In this document: piece by piece, positions 17,065-24,956 of the stretch
Layout: each line of letters begins with the position of its first letter
Numbering within the stretch: position 1 is the stretch's first letter
Virus record (IMG/VR): IMGVR_UViG_3300044454_000026
Coordinates: 1 to 24,956 of that record
Source: a virus
Taxonomy: Duplodnaviria; Caudoviricetes
DNA length: 24,956 bases
Strand: one strand, 5' to 3'
Notes under the pieces: generated by a model
Databases searched by the model: none
What the model was told of the DNA's origin: nothing
What the model saw: only the letters and a program-made list of their open reading frames with translations
Made by a program: the position numbers and the translations under genes

Positions 17065-17967
17065 CTATTTATTATTGGCCAGACGCATCCGAGCGAGCTT
17101 GGCGAAAAGTGATCTGCTACTCTCACCTTCAGCGCGCTTGGGAACATCCGTCAAAGTTTGAGTATTAATTCCAGCAGGAGATGAGGCCGCCCCGACTTTT
17201 TCACGCATGGAGCTATTATAATCCTCTAACCCGAACTTATACGCCCTCTCAATATACTTGTCAGCGTTCATGGCCTTATGGATTAGCTCGCGGATTTGGC
17301 CTTCTGGAATTCGGCCTTCCGCTGCGTCCTTGTACCACCGCTCGACTTGTTGAGAGTCATAGTCTGCGTATTTCTCCTTTATTTTCTGCTCTTCCTGAGA
17401 GATAAGCATTCGGTTTAGCTGGGTCTGATTTTGATTTAATGCAGACCGTAGCTCCGCAAATTGCCGCTTCTCATTGGGAGTTAAAGCAGACCATTCCTCC
17501 GAAGAACCGTTATAGTCCTGCGGTGGTTGAGTCTGCTGTAATGATGCCGCGGATGCCGCGAAGTTTGGGTCGCGTAACAATTCTTGAACCCTCTGCGGTG
17601 TCCACGGTTGAGATGTTTGTGCTTCCAAGTTCTTTCGAAGTTGCTCGACTTCTTTCTTGTCGTTAGCTAACTTCATGAACTTGTTATTGAATCCACGTTC
17701 TAAAGATTTCTTGAGTTCTTCCACGATCTTCTTTGCTTCAGGGTCTTTAATCTGCTCAATCATTTTCGGGTCATACCCGATGTCGGATGGGTCAAGCTGT
17801 GGAGCTAGATCGTTAGAAGTAGTGTTCTGACTTAACTGATCTCCAGTTGATCCCATCCGTTTCATCAAGTCATCAGCAGACTTTTGCTGAAGAGAAACTT
17901 TATCAGGCGTTTGAGTTAAGCTCGGCTGCGCAATCTCAGGCTTGGCCGTTGGCTGTTCGTTTGCCAT
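17065..17967 (-). CDS. Capsid scaffolding protein
   Basis: 300 aa, Gln/Glu-rich coiled coil with disordered ends and a basic C-terminal helix. Directly upstream of the capsid gene. Confidence 0.7.
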   Translation of the reverse strand: MANEQPTAKPEIAQPSLTQTPDKVSLQQKSADDLMKRMGSTGDQLSQNTTSNDLAPQLDPSDIGYDPKMIEQIKDPEAKKIVEELKKSLERGFNNKFMKLANDKKEVEQLRKNLEAQTSQPWTPQRVQELLRDPNFAASAASLQQTQPPQDYNGSSEEWSALTPNEKRQFAELRSALNQNQTQLNRMLISQEEQKIKEKYADYDSQQVERWYKDAAEGRIPEGQIRELIHKAMNADKYIERAYKFGLEDYNSSMREKVGAASSPAGINTQTLTDVPKRAEGESSRSLFAKLARMRLANNK

Positions 17968-17982
17968 TTTGTGACCCTTTCT

Positions 17983-18255
17983 TTAAGGTACTTGTACCAT
18001 TTGGTATTTTGCAAGTTGTTCCAAACTTCGAGCCGCTGAACTATCAATAAAACGACGTTCTGATCTGATATTCCTACCCTGCAACATCTGAAACATAATC
18101 TGATAAGGAATATTCTTTACCAAACTTCTTACATCACTTCCAAATCGAACAAAAATAGTCGTTGAATAGTCATCATTCTTTTCAATCCCGATGATACTTT
18201 CGTAAGAAACAGCGAGTGATCCGTCTACAACTTCAAATAATTCAAGTTCTGCCAT
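17983..18255 (-). CDS. Hypothetical protein, paralogue of 18258..18494
   Basis: Shares II..EK.D, I[FY]V.FG, NI and LEQLAKYQ with its neighbour. Confidence 0.7.
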   Translation of the reverse strand: MAELELFEVVDGSLAVSYESIIGIEKNDDYSTTIFVRFGSDVRSLVKNIPYQIMFQMLQGRNIRSERRFIDSSAARSLEQLAKYQMVQVP

Positions 18256-18257
18256 AA

Positions 18258-18494
18258 TTATCCCGCGAAACTCGTCTGATATTTTGCTAACTGCTCAAGA
18301 TTCTTTTCAATGGAGCTACTAGAACGCTTGTAGAGAATCTTCTTCAAAACATCAAACTGAATATTTCGATTAAATGATTTTGACCGGCCTCCAAAATCAA
18401 CGTAAATGATAGAGTTGAATTCATCGCTTTTTTCAACCGCGATAATTCTATCAACATTTACAATCGTGTTTTCGTCAAGATCAAGCCAAGTCAT
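18258..18494 (-). CDS. Hypothetical protein, paralogue of 17983..18255
   Basis: Same shared motifs, including the identical LEQLAKYQ. Confidence 0.7.
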   Translation of the reverse strand: MTWLDLDENTIVNVDRIIAVEKSDEFNSIIYVDFGGRSKSFNRNIQFDVLKKILYKRSSSSIEKNLEQLAKYQTSFAG

Positions 18495-18495
18495 G

Positions 18496-18699
18496 TTAAT
18501 CTAAAAGACTCGTTCCTGGCCCACCCGGAAACTTCCCACAAGAATATCCTTTTCGGCAAGCAAATCCATCTGCACTTGCGCGAGGTTTAGATACTGACGT
18601 ATTAATTACTTTCTGAGAAGACGGTTCTCCGCAAATCTTTCCGTTCTTAAGATTCCCAGGTTTTCGTCCTGATTTATGAGCCATTGTAGAATCAATCAT
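18496..18699 (-). CDS. Small basic Gly/Ser/Lys-rich hypothetical protein
   Basis: 67 aa, packed between neighbours with overlaps. The start could be the later ATG (MAHK). Confidence 0.55.
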   Translation of the reverse strand: MIDSTMAHKSGRKPGNLKNGKICGEPSSQKVINTSVSKPRASADGFACRKGYSCGKFPGGPGTSLLD

Positions 18700-18881
18700 T
18701 TAATAATCCCTTTCTTTTGAGAATGAATATGTTTCTTCATTTGTTTCATTGCGGGCGATCCATATCCCCCACGATCAAGATCGTCTCGATCAATTCCTTT
18801 GAAGCTAAGATTAATGCCGCTTCCTGTTTTGACTTCTTGAACAGTATATGTCAACCCGTTATCTTTACCACTAGGCCTCAT
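18696..18881 (-). CDS. Small basic hypothetical protein
   Basis: 61 aa, ATGA overlaps on both sides. Confidence 0.55.
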   Translation of the reverse strand: MRPSGKDNGLTYTVQEVKTGSGINLSFKGIDRDDLDRGGYGSPAMKQMKKHIHSQKKGIIK

Positions 18882-19183
18882 CGAACCCTCCCTGTAGTTT
18901 TAATAATGCTGGTCTTCTTGAAATGTTCCGGAAGATAGTGGCCATAAAACAACCTGTCAAGTTTACCAGCTGCTAATTGTTGGAGAGGAGCGGTAGTCGC
19001 CGAATTTAATCCGGCGTTTGGATCCCCATATTTAGATGCAGATGGTGCTGATTGCGAAGGACTACTCGACTCAGATTTTTCTTTATTCTTATCTCCGCTT
19101 AAAAAATTATCAATTCCTTCCCCCATTTTATCCGCGATATAACTTGCCGCCATTGAAACAGCTGATCCAGCCATTATCCCCAC
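18878..19183 (-). CDS. Hypothetical protein with a Ser/Pro-rich low-complexity segment
   Basis: 101 aa, contains SESSSPSQSAPSAS, coupled to its neighbours. Confidence 0.6.
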   Translation of the reverse strand: MGIMAGSAVSMAASYIADKMGEGIDNFLSGDKNKEKSESSSPSQSAPSASKYGDPNAGLNSATTAPLQQLAAGKLDRLFYGHYLPEHFKKTSIIKTTGRVR

Positions 19184-19668
19184 CCACCTTTCGACGTATC
19201 GTAAGAAACTTCCTGTTTAGTATTAGAATTTTGTAATAAGACCCCTCGTTTCGCTAACTCGTTACGAAACGTACTGCTCACATGCGCCTGTCCTTTAGAA
19301 TCAGTCGTGTGAATAATGTGGCGATTCATACTGCGCGCCCAATCCGACTCCTTATACTCTTTGCGGGTATTCTTCGTCGCCTCGCCCGTATACGGAACAA
19401 ATCCGCCCTTCTTCATCTCGGACAGATATTCGCCCTTCGTACTAATATATTTCCCAAACGCATTGTTGTAGTGCGGATAGAATCTCTTTGACTCTTTCCC
19501 GTAGGTCTTAATACTATCAAAACTAACAGCCATTCTTGTAATCTCAGGGATTTTTGCGTTTAGATTTGAGAATCTTACGCATCCACCGCAGACAGCTTCA
19601 TTACCCTTATGCGTGCAATCCTTCAGACAAATCCCAGTCTGCCAATTTCCACGGCTCTTAGCACTCAT
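19174..19668 (-). CDS. Hypothetical post-portal protein with an N-terminal Cys cluster
   Basis: 164 aa. CLKDC...CGGC, and a YNNAFGKYISTK...MKKGG segment resembling genes commonly found after podovirus portals. Confidence 0.65.
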   Translation of the reverse strand: MSAKSRGNWQTGICLKDCTHKGNEAVCGGCVRFSNLNAKIPEITRMAVSFDSIKTYGKESKRFYPHYNNAFGKYISTKGEYLSEMKKGGFVPYTGEATKNTRKEYKESDWARSMNRHIIHTTDSKGQAHVSSTFRNELAKRGVLLQNSNTKQEVSYDTSKGGWG

Positions 19669-19733
19669 ATCTTCCTAAGTACTTTATAAAAGGTGCGGAT
19701 TGTTTTCTTTAAAAACGGTAATAAGAACAAAAA

Positions 19734-21797
19734 TCAAACCCCAAGACCCATCATTTTAGGTTTCCCAAGATTCACTTGTTGTCCAGCTTTCGGTGCTTTC
19801 TTAGCCTCTAACTCTTGTTGAAGTGCCATGTGAGCTTGAGAAAGCGCGTCAAGAATCTGGCCGGCAATCGTATTCCCGATCTCCTTCACGATTCCTCCGA
19901 TACTACCATAGGTCTCAATATGGGCGATGTGATCCTGCCCTTCGGAGGGCATTACTGGAGGTTGTTGTCCAGCAAGGGCAGCTCGAACATTTGCTTCTGC
20001 ATCCCTTAAATCCTTAACTCCCACAAATCCCATTGACTCTTCAGCCCGAATATTCCTGAACACTTCGGGATTCCTGATCTTCAGTCTCATGAGAAGATTC
20101 TCAATAATCGGACTTATGTTGAAGGTCTTTCCTTCTTGCGCGATCTTAGTTGCAAGCTGTGGGTTATTAACGGCCTGCACCATGAGGTTAAGAACCGTCG
20201 TGAGTTCTTGAATCTCCTTCTCTGGATTTTCGGGGAGCATGCTGATGACATCAAGCTCGATGTCTGTTTCCGCCTGGATTTCCTCCTTGGTGAAATTATC
20301 TGTCCACTCAACATCGAGACTCCCGACGATTCGGACGGCATCTGTGACCGGCATATACTGTTTGATGAGTTGATTGAGGAAATGTAACGATTCCTTAAGG
20401 AAGTCAGCCATGATGTCCTGGCGGTAAGCAGGGCGTGAAGACGATCCAGATGCTCGGATCTGCGCAGAAGTTGCCGATTCTTCTCCAGATCGAAGGACTC
20501 CTTTTCGAAGATCGGATACTCCCGATTTCTCATCAAGGTTGTCTTGGATTCGGCGGTCAAGTTGATAAAGTTCATTAGATGCGCCACCTCCAGTAGTTTG
20601 AACAAACATTCTGTCCCTAGGATTACCACTTTCGAAGGTGAGGATTGTTTGATCGCCTTCTTGGACTTTCGTGATGTCTTCCTCATTGGCTCCTTCCTTG
20701 GAAATGCCGACATAAACCTTGCTGTTCTCCTGGGCATTCCTAAGCTGCATATTCACTGCCAAATTCTTATGATCGCAGATTGCTCCGAATACTTCGGTGT
20801 CGGCCATAGGATAAACTTGATCGGGCACGTAATTAAACATCAGGAGCTTTGCGGGAAATCCCTTTGCTTTATATGGCCACTTAGAAACACGAAGAGGTTT
20901 ATTTCTTTGGTCGAACGTAAAGAGAATAACTTTCCCTTTCTCGCCATCCCGTTTCTCTTTCGGAGTCGGAAGTTTCCAAATCTCATAGACTTTCACAAAC
21001 TTTGAGGCATCCCCCTTCTGAAACTCCGCATCTGCGTAATCAATGAGAGCTTTGTTATCGGGCTTCAACTGAATTACGTCGAATCCCCCTTTATTATCGG
21101 CCTCATCAGAGGATACTGATACCGCGTATCCTAACTCCCCCTTAATTGCACCCTTATCAACATCGAGAGTCTCATCCTCCACCAAATCATTCTTCCTCAC
21201 ATAGAATACTCTCCCAATCCAACGGGCTTCATCAAGGTTCTCAAGTGAGACACTAGGATCGTGTAGGAAATGCATTGGGCTGAGACGGCGCACAAACACA
21301 TCGTCATTCTCGATATAAAGGCTATTCTCATTCGTCATCCCGAAATCACCCTTATACCCATGCCACATCACCCCGTACTTAAAGATCAGCGCATCAATCA
21401 GCGTTCTTTGCCCCTCATCTTTATAGCGGATCTCATGGATTTTATAATTGAGAATGGCTTCCTGCGTCTTCGCGGATTGGCCGGCATCGAGTTGTTGCTC
21501 AACCATCTCGCCAGTAACGGGGTCACGCCTTTTAGCAATAAACGTTTTATTTCGAGGTTTGAGGAATGCTCTTGGGTTGCGGAAGAAGATTGCTGGGATT
21601 TCATACTGGATGATCGGATAGAGTTCATTTAAAATAATATCCCAGTCTCTCGCGATGACTGGAACATGTTTATTCGTGTAACGGTTTAAGGCTTCCCGCA
21701 TCTGCGGAATAACTTTATCTTTAAGTAACTTTTCGGAAAGAACTACCTCATTCTTCAAGGCGTGGAATTCATCCTTGTCTAACTTAAGATCGGCCAT
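19734..21797 (-). CDS. Portal protein (P22-like podovirus type)
   Basis: 687 aa directly after the large terminase. VRRLSPMHFLHDPS....LDEARWI, SGVSD..KG......SAT.AQI, and a C-terminal EGQDH.AHI..Y. Confidence 0.9.
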   Translation of the reverse strand: MADLKLDKDEFHALKNEVVLSEKLLKDKVIPQMREALNRYTNKHVPVIARDWDIILNELYPIIQYEIPAIFFRNPRAFLKPRNKTFIAKRRDPVTGEMVEQQLDAGQSAKTQEAILNYKIHEIRYKDEGQRTLIDALIFKYGVMWHGYKGDFGMTNENSLYIENDDVFVRRLSPMHFLHDPSVSLENLDEARWIGRVFYVRKNDLVEDETLDVDKGAIKGELGYAVSVSSDEADNKGGFDVIQLKPDNKALIDYADAEFQKGDASKFVKVYEIWKLPTPKEKRDGEKGKVILFTFDQRNKPLRVSKWPYKAKGFPAKLLMFNYVPDQVYPMADTEVFGAICDHKNLAVNMQLRNAQENSKVYVGISKEGANEEDITKVQEGDQTILTFESGNPRDRMFVQTTGGGASNELYQLDRRIQDNLDEKSGVSDLRKGVLRSGEESATSAQIRASGSSSRPAYRQDIMADFLKESLHFLNQLIKQYMPVTDAVRIVGSLDVEWTDNFTKEEIQAETDIELDVISMLPENPEKEIQELTTVLNLMVQAVNNPQLATKIAQEGKTFNISPIIENLLMRLKIRNPEVFRNIRAEESMGFVGVKDLRDAEANVRAALAGQQPPVMPSEGQDHIAHIETYGSIGGIVKEIGNTIAGQILDALSQAHMALQQELEAKKAPKAGQQVNLGKPKMMGLGV

Positions 21798-21819
21798 GTG
21801 GATAACTCCTGATTACTAA

Positions 21820-21832
21820 TAATAATAACACT
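21820..21832 (-). promoter_or_regulatory. Possible extended -10 promoter upstream of the portal gene
   Basis: TGtTATTAT (21830-21822). The 13-mer AGTGTTATTATTA is identical to 24550-24562 in the rightward promoter. SD CAGGAG follows. Confidence 0.4.
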
Positions 21833-21853
21833 CATTACAAAACTTTCTAATTA

Positions 21854-23449
21854 TTATCGCCAAGATGTGTAAACTTTCATTTGAGGATGTTCAGGCCGTG
21901 CTGAAATCTTGCGGGGTCGTTTCTCTGTGTTCTTAGAATCTATCAGAATCTTTCGGACTCTCATAAACTCGTCTGTTGCCGCGATTTCTTTCGTGCGAGC
22001 TTTTGGGAATTGGAGGAGTTGGACTAATCCCTGTAGACAATCGACCTCATCGTCATGGACTCCATACGGAAATCTCTCCAACTGATACTCAAGACTTCCC
22101 ATTCCGTGTTTATGATAGATGACGTGTTGGCAATAGCGTGGCTGCAAACGGGTCTCAATGCGGGTGTTCTTATCAGCGTCCCAAACCAACTCTTTCGTTA
22201 CTAAGAACTTGTTCCGCGCTTTCATTTCCCTCTTCAGTAACCATTGCGTCACATTCTCCAGCATTGCTTTCTCAAACCCGACTGGCACAGTGCTTCCCGT
22301 CATTGCTTCTAGACGGGCACAAATGGAGAAGAGGTATTCTGCTGTTTCGTCGGGACGCATCCCTTTCTTCGAAACGTAGTCATAAACCAGGATCTCACTA
22401 TTTGGAGTAAGGAGTCCAGGCATAATGACGCTAGAGTCCGAAGTTCTGCTTTCTTTCCACGCAAGGTCGCATGCAATAGCCGCTCGACACTCTGAAAGAG
22501 AATAGGTCGTTTGAGGAGTTCCGTCAGGAAGGAGGAGAGATACTGAGCCTCCTCTTTCCTCGTAATAACGGAAGTCGGATCGTTTGAAGCGAGTATTCGT
22601 ACCTGCAACTGGATCGTTTTGGTATTCTTTGGCGTAGACATTCGGGGACTCCTTCTTTAGTTTTTCGAGGAATTCTAGTGACCATTTTTCGGGCCATAGG
22701 GATTTTACGGAGTTCTCGTCAAATGCTCGTAAGAATATTTTGTAGTAGTCTTTGTATTGGGATGGGTCGAGCATCTTGGCTAGCTGTGAGTCATCGTGGA
22801 AGATGGTTCCGACCACTACGATTTGACAGCCTGGTGCGCCCGCTGGGACTAGAGCTTCATCATACAGTTGCTTAAGATTCTCTCGCCTCTCTACATTCCG
22901 CACCAACTCATCATCTTCCATATCATCGCAGATGATTAGGTCTGGGCGAGATGCCCCGAACTTCACACCTCGAACACTTCCGATCTGGTCAACACCTTTG
23001 CATAACACCATTGTCTTGAAGCCGTCTTGGTGCTGGAAGATCGTGTCGCCTTCCGCGTCGCGGGCGAGAGTGATCGGGGGATGACGGGTCTTAAGTCTTT
23101 CATTGTCGGCGAGTTCCCGTTTGATCGTGTCCAAGTGCATCGCCGCTTTCTTGAACGTATTCGAGATAATCAGGATGAATTTCTTCCTCTTAAACATGAT
23201 CTGGAAGATCGGGAATAAGAATACGAGGATTGTGGATTTTGCAGAGCTGCGCGGTGCCGCGATCACCACCTTGTTGTGCTCCATCACCGTATCAATCAGC
23301 AAATAATGAAAGTCCGGCGTCGCCATCACAAAATGATTCGGGAAAAAGTTCTGCCCCCACGAGAGCGGATCCGCGTCATAGCCCAGATTTGCGGAGTTTA
23401 ATACATCGGAAATACCTCTGGGTGTTGGAGACGATGGCAGTTTGGACAT
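21854..23449 (-). CDS. terL: Terminase large subunit
   Basis: Walker A-like IAAPRSSAKST, VRG.KFG..RPDLIICDDMED (Walker B), VVVGTIFH.DS, EYQNDP, nuclease ACDLA...SDSS and FPYGVHDDEVDCL. The exact start is uncertain because it overlaps the HNH gene by 52 nt and has no clear SD. Confidence 0.95.
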   Translation of the reverse strand: MSKLPSSPTPRGISDVLNSANLGYDADPLSWGQNFFPNHFVMATPDFHYLLIDTVMEHNKVVIAAPRSSAKSTILVFLFPIFQIMFKRKKFILIISNTFKKAAMHLDTIKRELADNERLKTRHPPITLARDAEGDTIFQHQDGFKTMVLCKGVDQIGSVRGVKFGASRPDLIICDDMEDDELVRNVERRENLKQLYDEALVPAGAPGCQIVVVGTIFHDDSQLAKMLDPSQYKDYYKIFLRAFDENSVKSLWPEKWSLEFLEKLKKESPNVYAKEYQNDPVAGTNTRFKRSDFRYYEERGGSVSLLLPDGTPQTTYSLSECRAAIACDLAWKESRTSDSSVIMPGLLTPNSEILVYDYVSKKGMRPDETAEYLFSICARLEAMTGSTVPVGFEKAMLENVTQWLLKREMKARNKFLVTKELVWDADKNTRIETRLQPRYCQHVIYHKHGMGSLEYQLERFPYGVHDDEVDCLQGLVQLLQFPKARTKEIAATDEFMRVRKILIDSKNTEKRPRKISARPEHPQMKVYTSWR

Positions 23450-23739
23450 ATCAGGATAGAATTTTCATCTGTGTATCTACCACCTTGAGATTCTGGAACT
23501 TTTCTATGAACATCGCATGGGCCAATCCACCCGCAAAGCATGCAAGTATTATTGTGTTTCTTCTTAAATTCCTTGCCGAAATACCATTTCTTCCACTTTT
23601 TGCCAGTTTTTAAACTCATCCCATAATGTAGTCTCTTGTGTCTCTGGCATTTTTTACTTCTGTATATCTTTCCGTTCCTAAATCCGTTGTGTTGCCCTAA
23701 GTTGTTACAACCCTCAACTTCACATCTGCGCTCTTCCAT
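23398..23739 (-). CDS. HNH endonuclease (CxxC...HNH-CxxC type); probable start is ATG 23739
   Basis: CMLCGW...DVHRKVP...GG.YTDENSILICPNCHRL.H and N-terminal CEVEGC...C..H. GGGGG SD-like run 5 nt before ATG 23739. Confidence 0.9.
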   Translation of the reverse strand: MEERRCEVEGCNNLGQHNGFRNGKIYRSKKCQRHKRLHYGMSLKTGKKWKKWYFGKEFKKKHNNTCMLCGWIGPCDVHRKVPESQGGRYTDENSILICPNCHRLQHPEVFPMY

Positions 23740-23772
23740 GACAACCCCCATTTAGTTGTCATGATTATATCA
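23737..23772 (-). promoter_or_regulatory. Extended -10 promoter plus RBS-occluding hairpin for the HNH gene
   Basis: Minus strand: TGaTATAAT (23772-23764) directly followed by CATGACAAC-TAAATGGGG-GTTGTCATG (23763-23737). Confidence 0.65.
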
Positions 23773-23884
23773 CAACTCACACCCAAATAAAGCACCCAAA
23801 GTCTAAAAATATTCCGCCGCGTGAGAAATTGATAGTTACAATAACAGCCAACCCCCTACCCCCGATTCACTTTTGTCAGGATTA

Positions 23885-24250
23885 TTACTTTTGATAGTCT
23901 GGCCCAGTGTTAGTATTGTTAGGATTGTTACGGTCGGGCGGAGAGTGTGGCACGGGCTCTTGTTGTAACCTCTTGCGGGCCAGCAGGTTAGCTTCAGCAA
24001 GCTGAATCATCTTAGCTACGTCTTCGGGGCTGGCGTTAATAGTTAGCTGTCTAATCTCTTGCTTATCCGGTATACGTTTCAAGGCCAGCGGCATTAATAC
24101 CTGTAAAGCCTTCAACCTGTCCTCATATGGCTTGCCTTGAGCCTCGTTTACTAATTGACCGGCCATGACGAAAGTAGCGTCAGCGGTCATATTGTAGGAA
24201 TATTCTAGGCGTTTGGGGGGTCTACCACGTCTCGTATGTATATATGCCAT
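23885..24250 (-). CDS. Putative terminase small subunit
   Basis: First gene of the leftward operon, upstream of HNH and terL. 121 aa, helical, with N-terminal RRGRPPKR. The call is mainly by position. Confidence 0.5.
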   Translation of the reverse strand: MAYIHTRRGRPPKRLEYSYNMTADATFVMAGQLVNEAQGKPYEDRLKALQVLMPLALKRIPDKQEIRQLTINASPEDVAKMIQLAEANLLARKRLQQEPVPHSPPDRNNPNNTNTGPDYQK

Positions 24251-24315
24251 TAAAGTATCTTAAGTAACAATCCTATTGTTAGTTACAAAACCCATTTTTA
24301 CGCGTCCTGCCGCTA

Positions 24316-24343
24316 ATTATAAGAGTCTGCCGGATTTTGGCAA
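24316..24343 (-). promoter_or_regulatory. Sigma70-type promoter of the leftward (late) operon
   Basis: TTGCCA (24343-24338), 16 nt, TATAAT (24321-24316). Confidence 0.6.
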
Positions 24344-24531
24344 GGGACTATTTTGGGCGTATTGGTGAAATAGTTAGTTTTGTAACTTAAAATCTTGCGC
24401 TACGTTGCGCCAGGATCAATTATTTAATGGCCGTTGATACCTAGACCTAGGCAAATTCACTGTCTTTTTTATAGTTTAAGCATAGATATATTGATAGATA
24501 TTATGTATAAATAAAACAGTGTAATTAATAG

Positions 24532-24560
24532 TTGACATATAAAATAAATAGTGTTATTAT
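24532..24560 (+). promoter_or_regulatory. Strong sigma70-type rightward promoter
   Basis: TTGACA (24532-24537), 17 nt, TATTAT (24555-24560), with an extended TG and AT-rich upstream DNA. Confidence 0.75.
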
Positions 24561-24630
24561 TAAAGTATGAAACGAAGCGAGCCGATAATAATAGCGGGAC
24601 AAAACAGAAGTACAACCGGAGGAAATTAAA

Positions 24631-24921
24631 ATGAAAACTATTAAAGACGTAAGAGAATTAAGAGGGGTTTTGTATCAGTGGGAAAAGCTTCAGAAAATCA
24701 GTAAGACTTTGCACCGTCTAGCCGAGAATGCTTGTAATTACGGCCTCAGCAAGGCGCAAGAAACGAGGCAAGATAACTTGATGAAACAAGCGGAAGAGCT
24801 GGCGCAGTTGCTAGGGCTTCATGCGTATCATCAAGGAGACCCTAGGGGTTGCTGTCTTTACCTTGTCGAGAATAATCAGGGCGCGGAGACTAACTACACC
24901 GACGGAATTGCCGTTTGCTAA
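24631..24921 (+). CDS. Hypothetical phage protein with a QGDPRG motif, probably an early gene
   Basis: SD GGAGG (24618-24622), 96 aa, divergent from the structural operon. A further SD (AAGGAGGTG) near 24938-24946 marks the next gene, probably starting at GTG 24951. Confidence 0.75.
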   Translation: MKTIKDVRELRGVLYQWEKLQKISKTLHRLAENACNYGLSKAQETRQDNLMKQAEELAQLLGLHAYHQGDPRGCCLYLVENNQGAETNYTDGIAVC

Positions 24922-24956
24922 CAGCTAACCCAAATAAAAGGAGGTGAAATGTGAAG

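Noticed and set aside
19669-19733. Promoter or terminator between the portal and the next gene
   Set aside because: The spacer is AT-rich but has no convincing -35/-10 pair and no stable hairpin with a U-tract.
20114-21632. Several 76-207 aa alternative-frame or antisense ORFs within the portal gene
   Set aside because: They lie fully inside a clear gene, have Arg/Ser-rich off-frame composition and lack convincing initiation signals.
23398-23420. AGAGGT-7 nt-ATG TAT TAA at the HNH end as a frameshifted terL start
   Set aside because: terL is open from ATG 23449 without any shift and I see no slippery site. It cannot be told apart from chance.
21854-23751. Group I intron or intein in terL linked to the HNH
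   Set aside because: The TerL motifs are contiguous at normal length with no intein signatures. The HNH is free-standing.
1-24956. CRISPR array, tRNA/rRNA genes, IS elements, stop-codon reassignment
   Set aside because: I saw no regularly spaced repeats, cloverleaf or transposase. Genes tile densely under the standard bacterial code, with TAA, TAG and TGA all used as stops.

Overview
The window is the packaging and morphogenesis (late) region of a tailed phage or prophage with podovirus-like (P22/T7-type) architecture, almost entirely on the minus strand. In reading order it holds a putative small terminase, an HNH endonuclease, the large terminase, portal, small hypothetical genes, scaffold, major capsid protein and capsid accessory proteins. 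Next come a cassette of three glycosyltransferases and two SAM methyltransferases, small virion proteins, a 1039-aa tail fibre/spike and a membrane/lysis-like cluster. The operon ends with a head-tail adaptor, an antisense HNH endonuclease, a tail tubular/stabilisation protein and further virion genes. A divergent sigma70-type promoter starts a rightward (probably early) gene at the right end. Four things stand out. (1) A candidate virion glycosylation and glycan O-methylation system is embedded among duplicated Ser/Thr-rich virion genes. (2) The antisense HNH is flanked by an in-frame, codon-recoded duplicate of the adaptor C-terminus. (3) Several RNA hairpins occlude or abut ribosome-binding sites. 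(4) There are three separate tandem paralogue pairs. All calls rest on motif recognition and gene order; no database searches were run.
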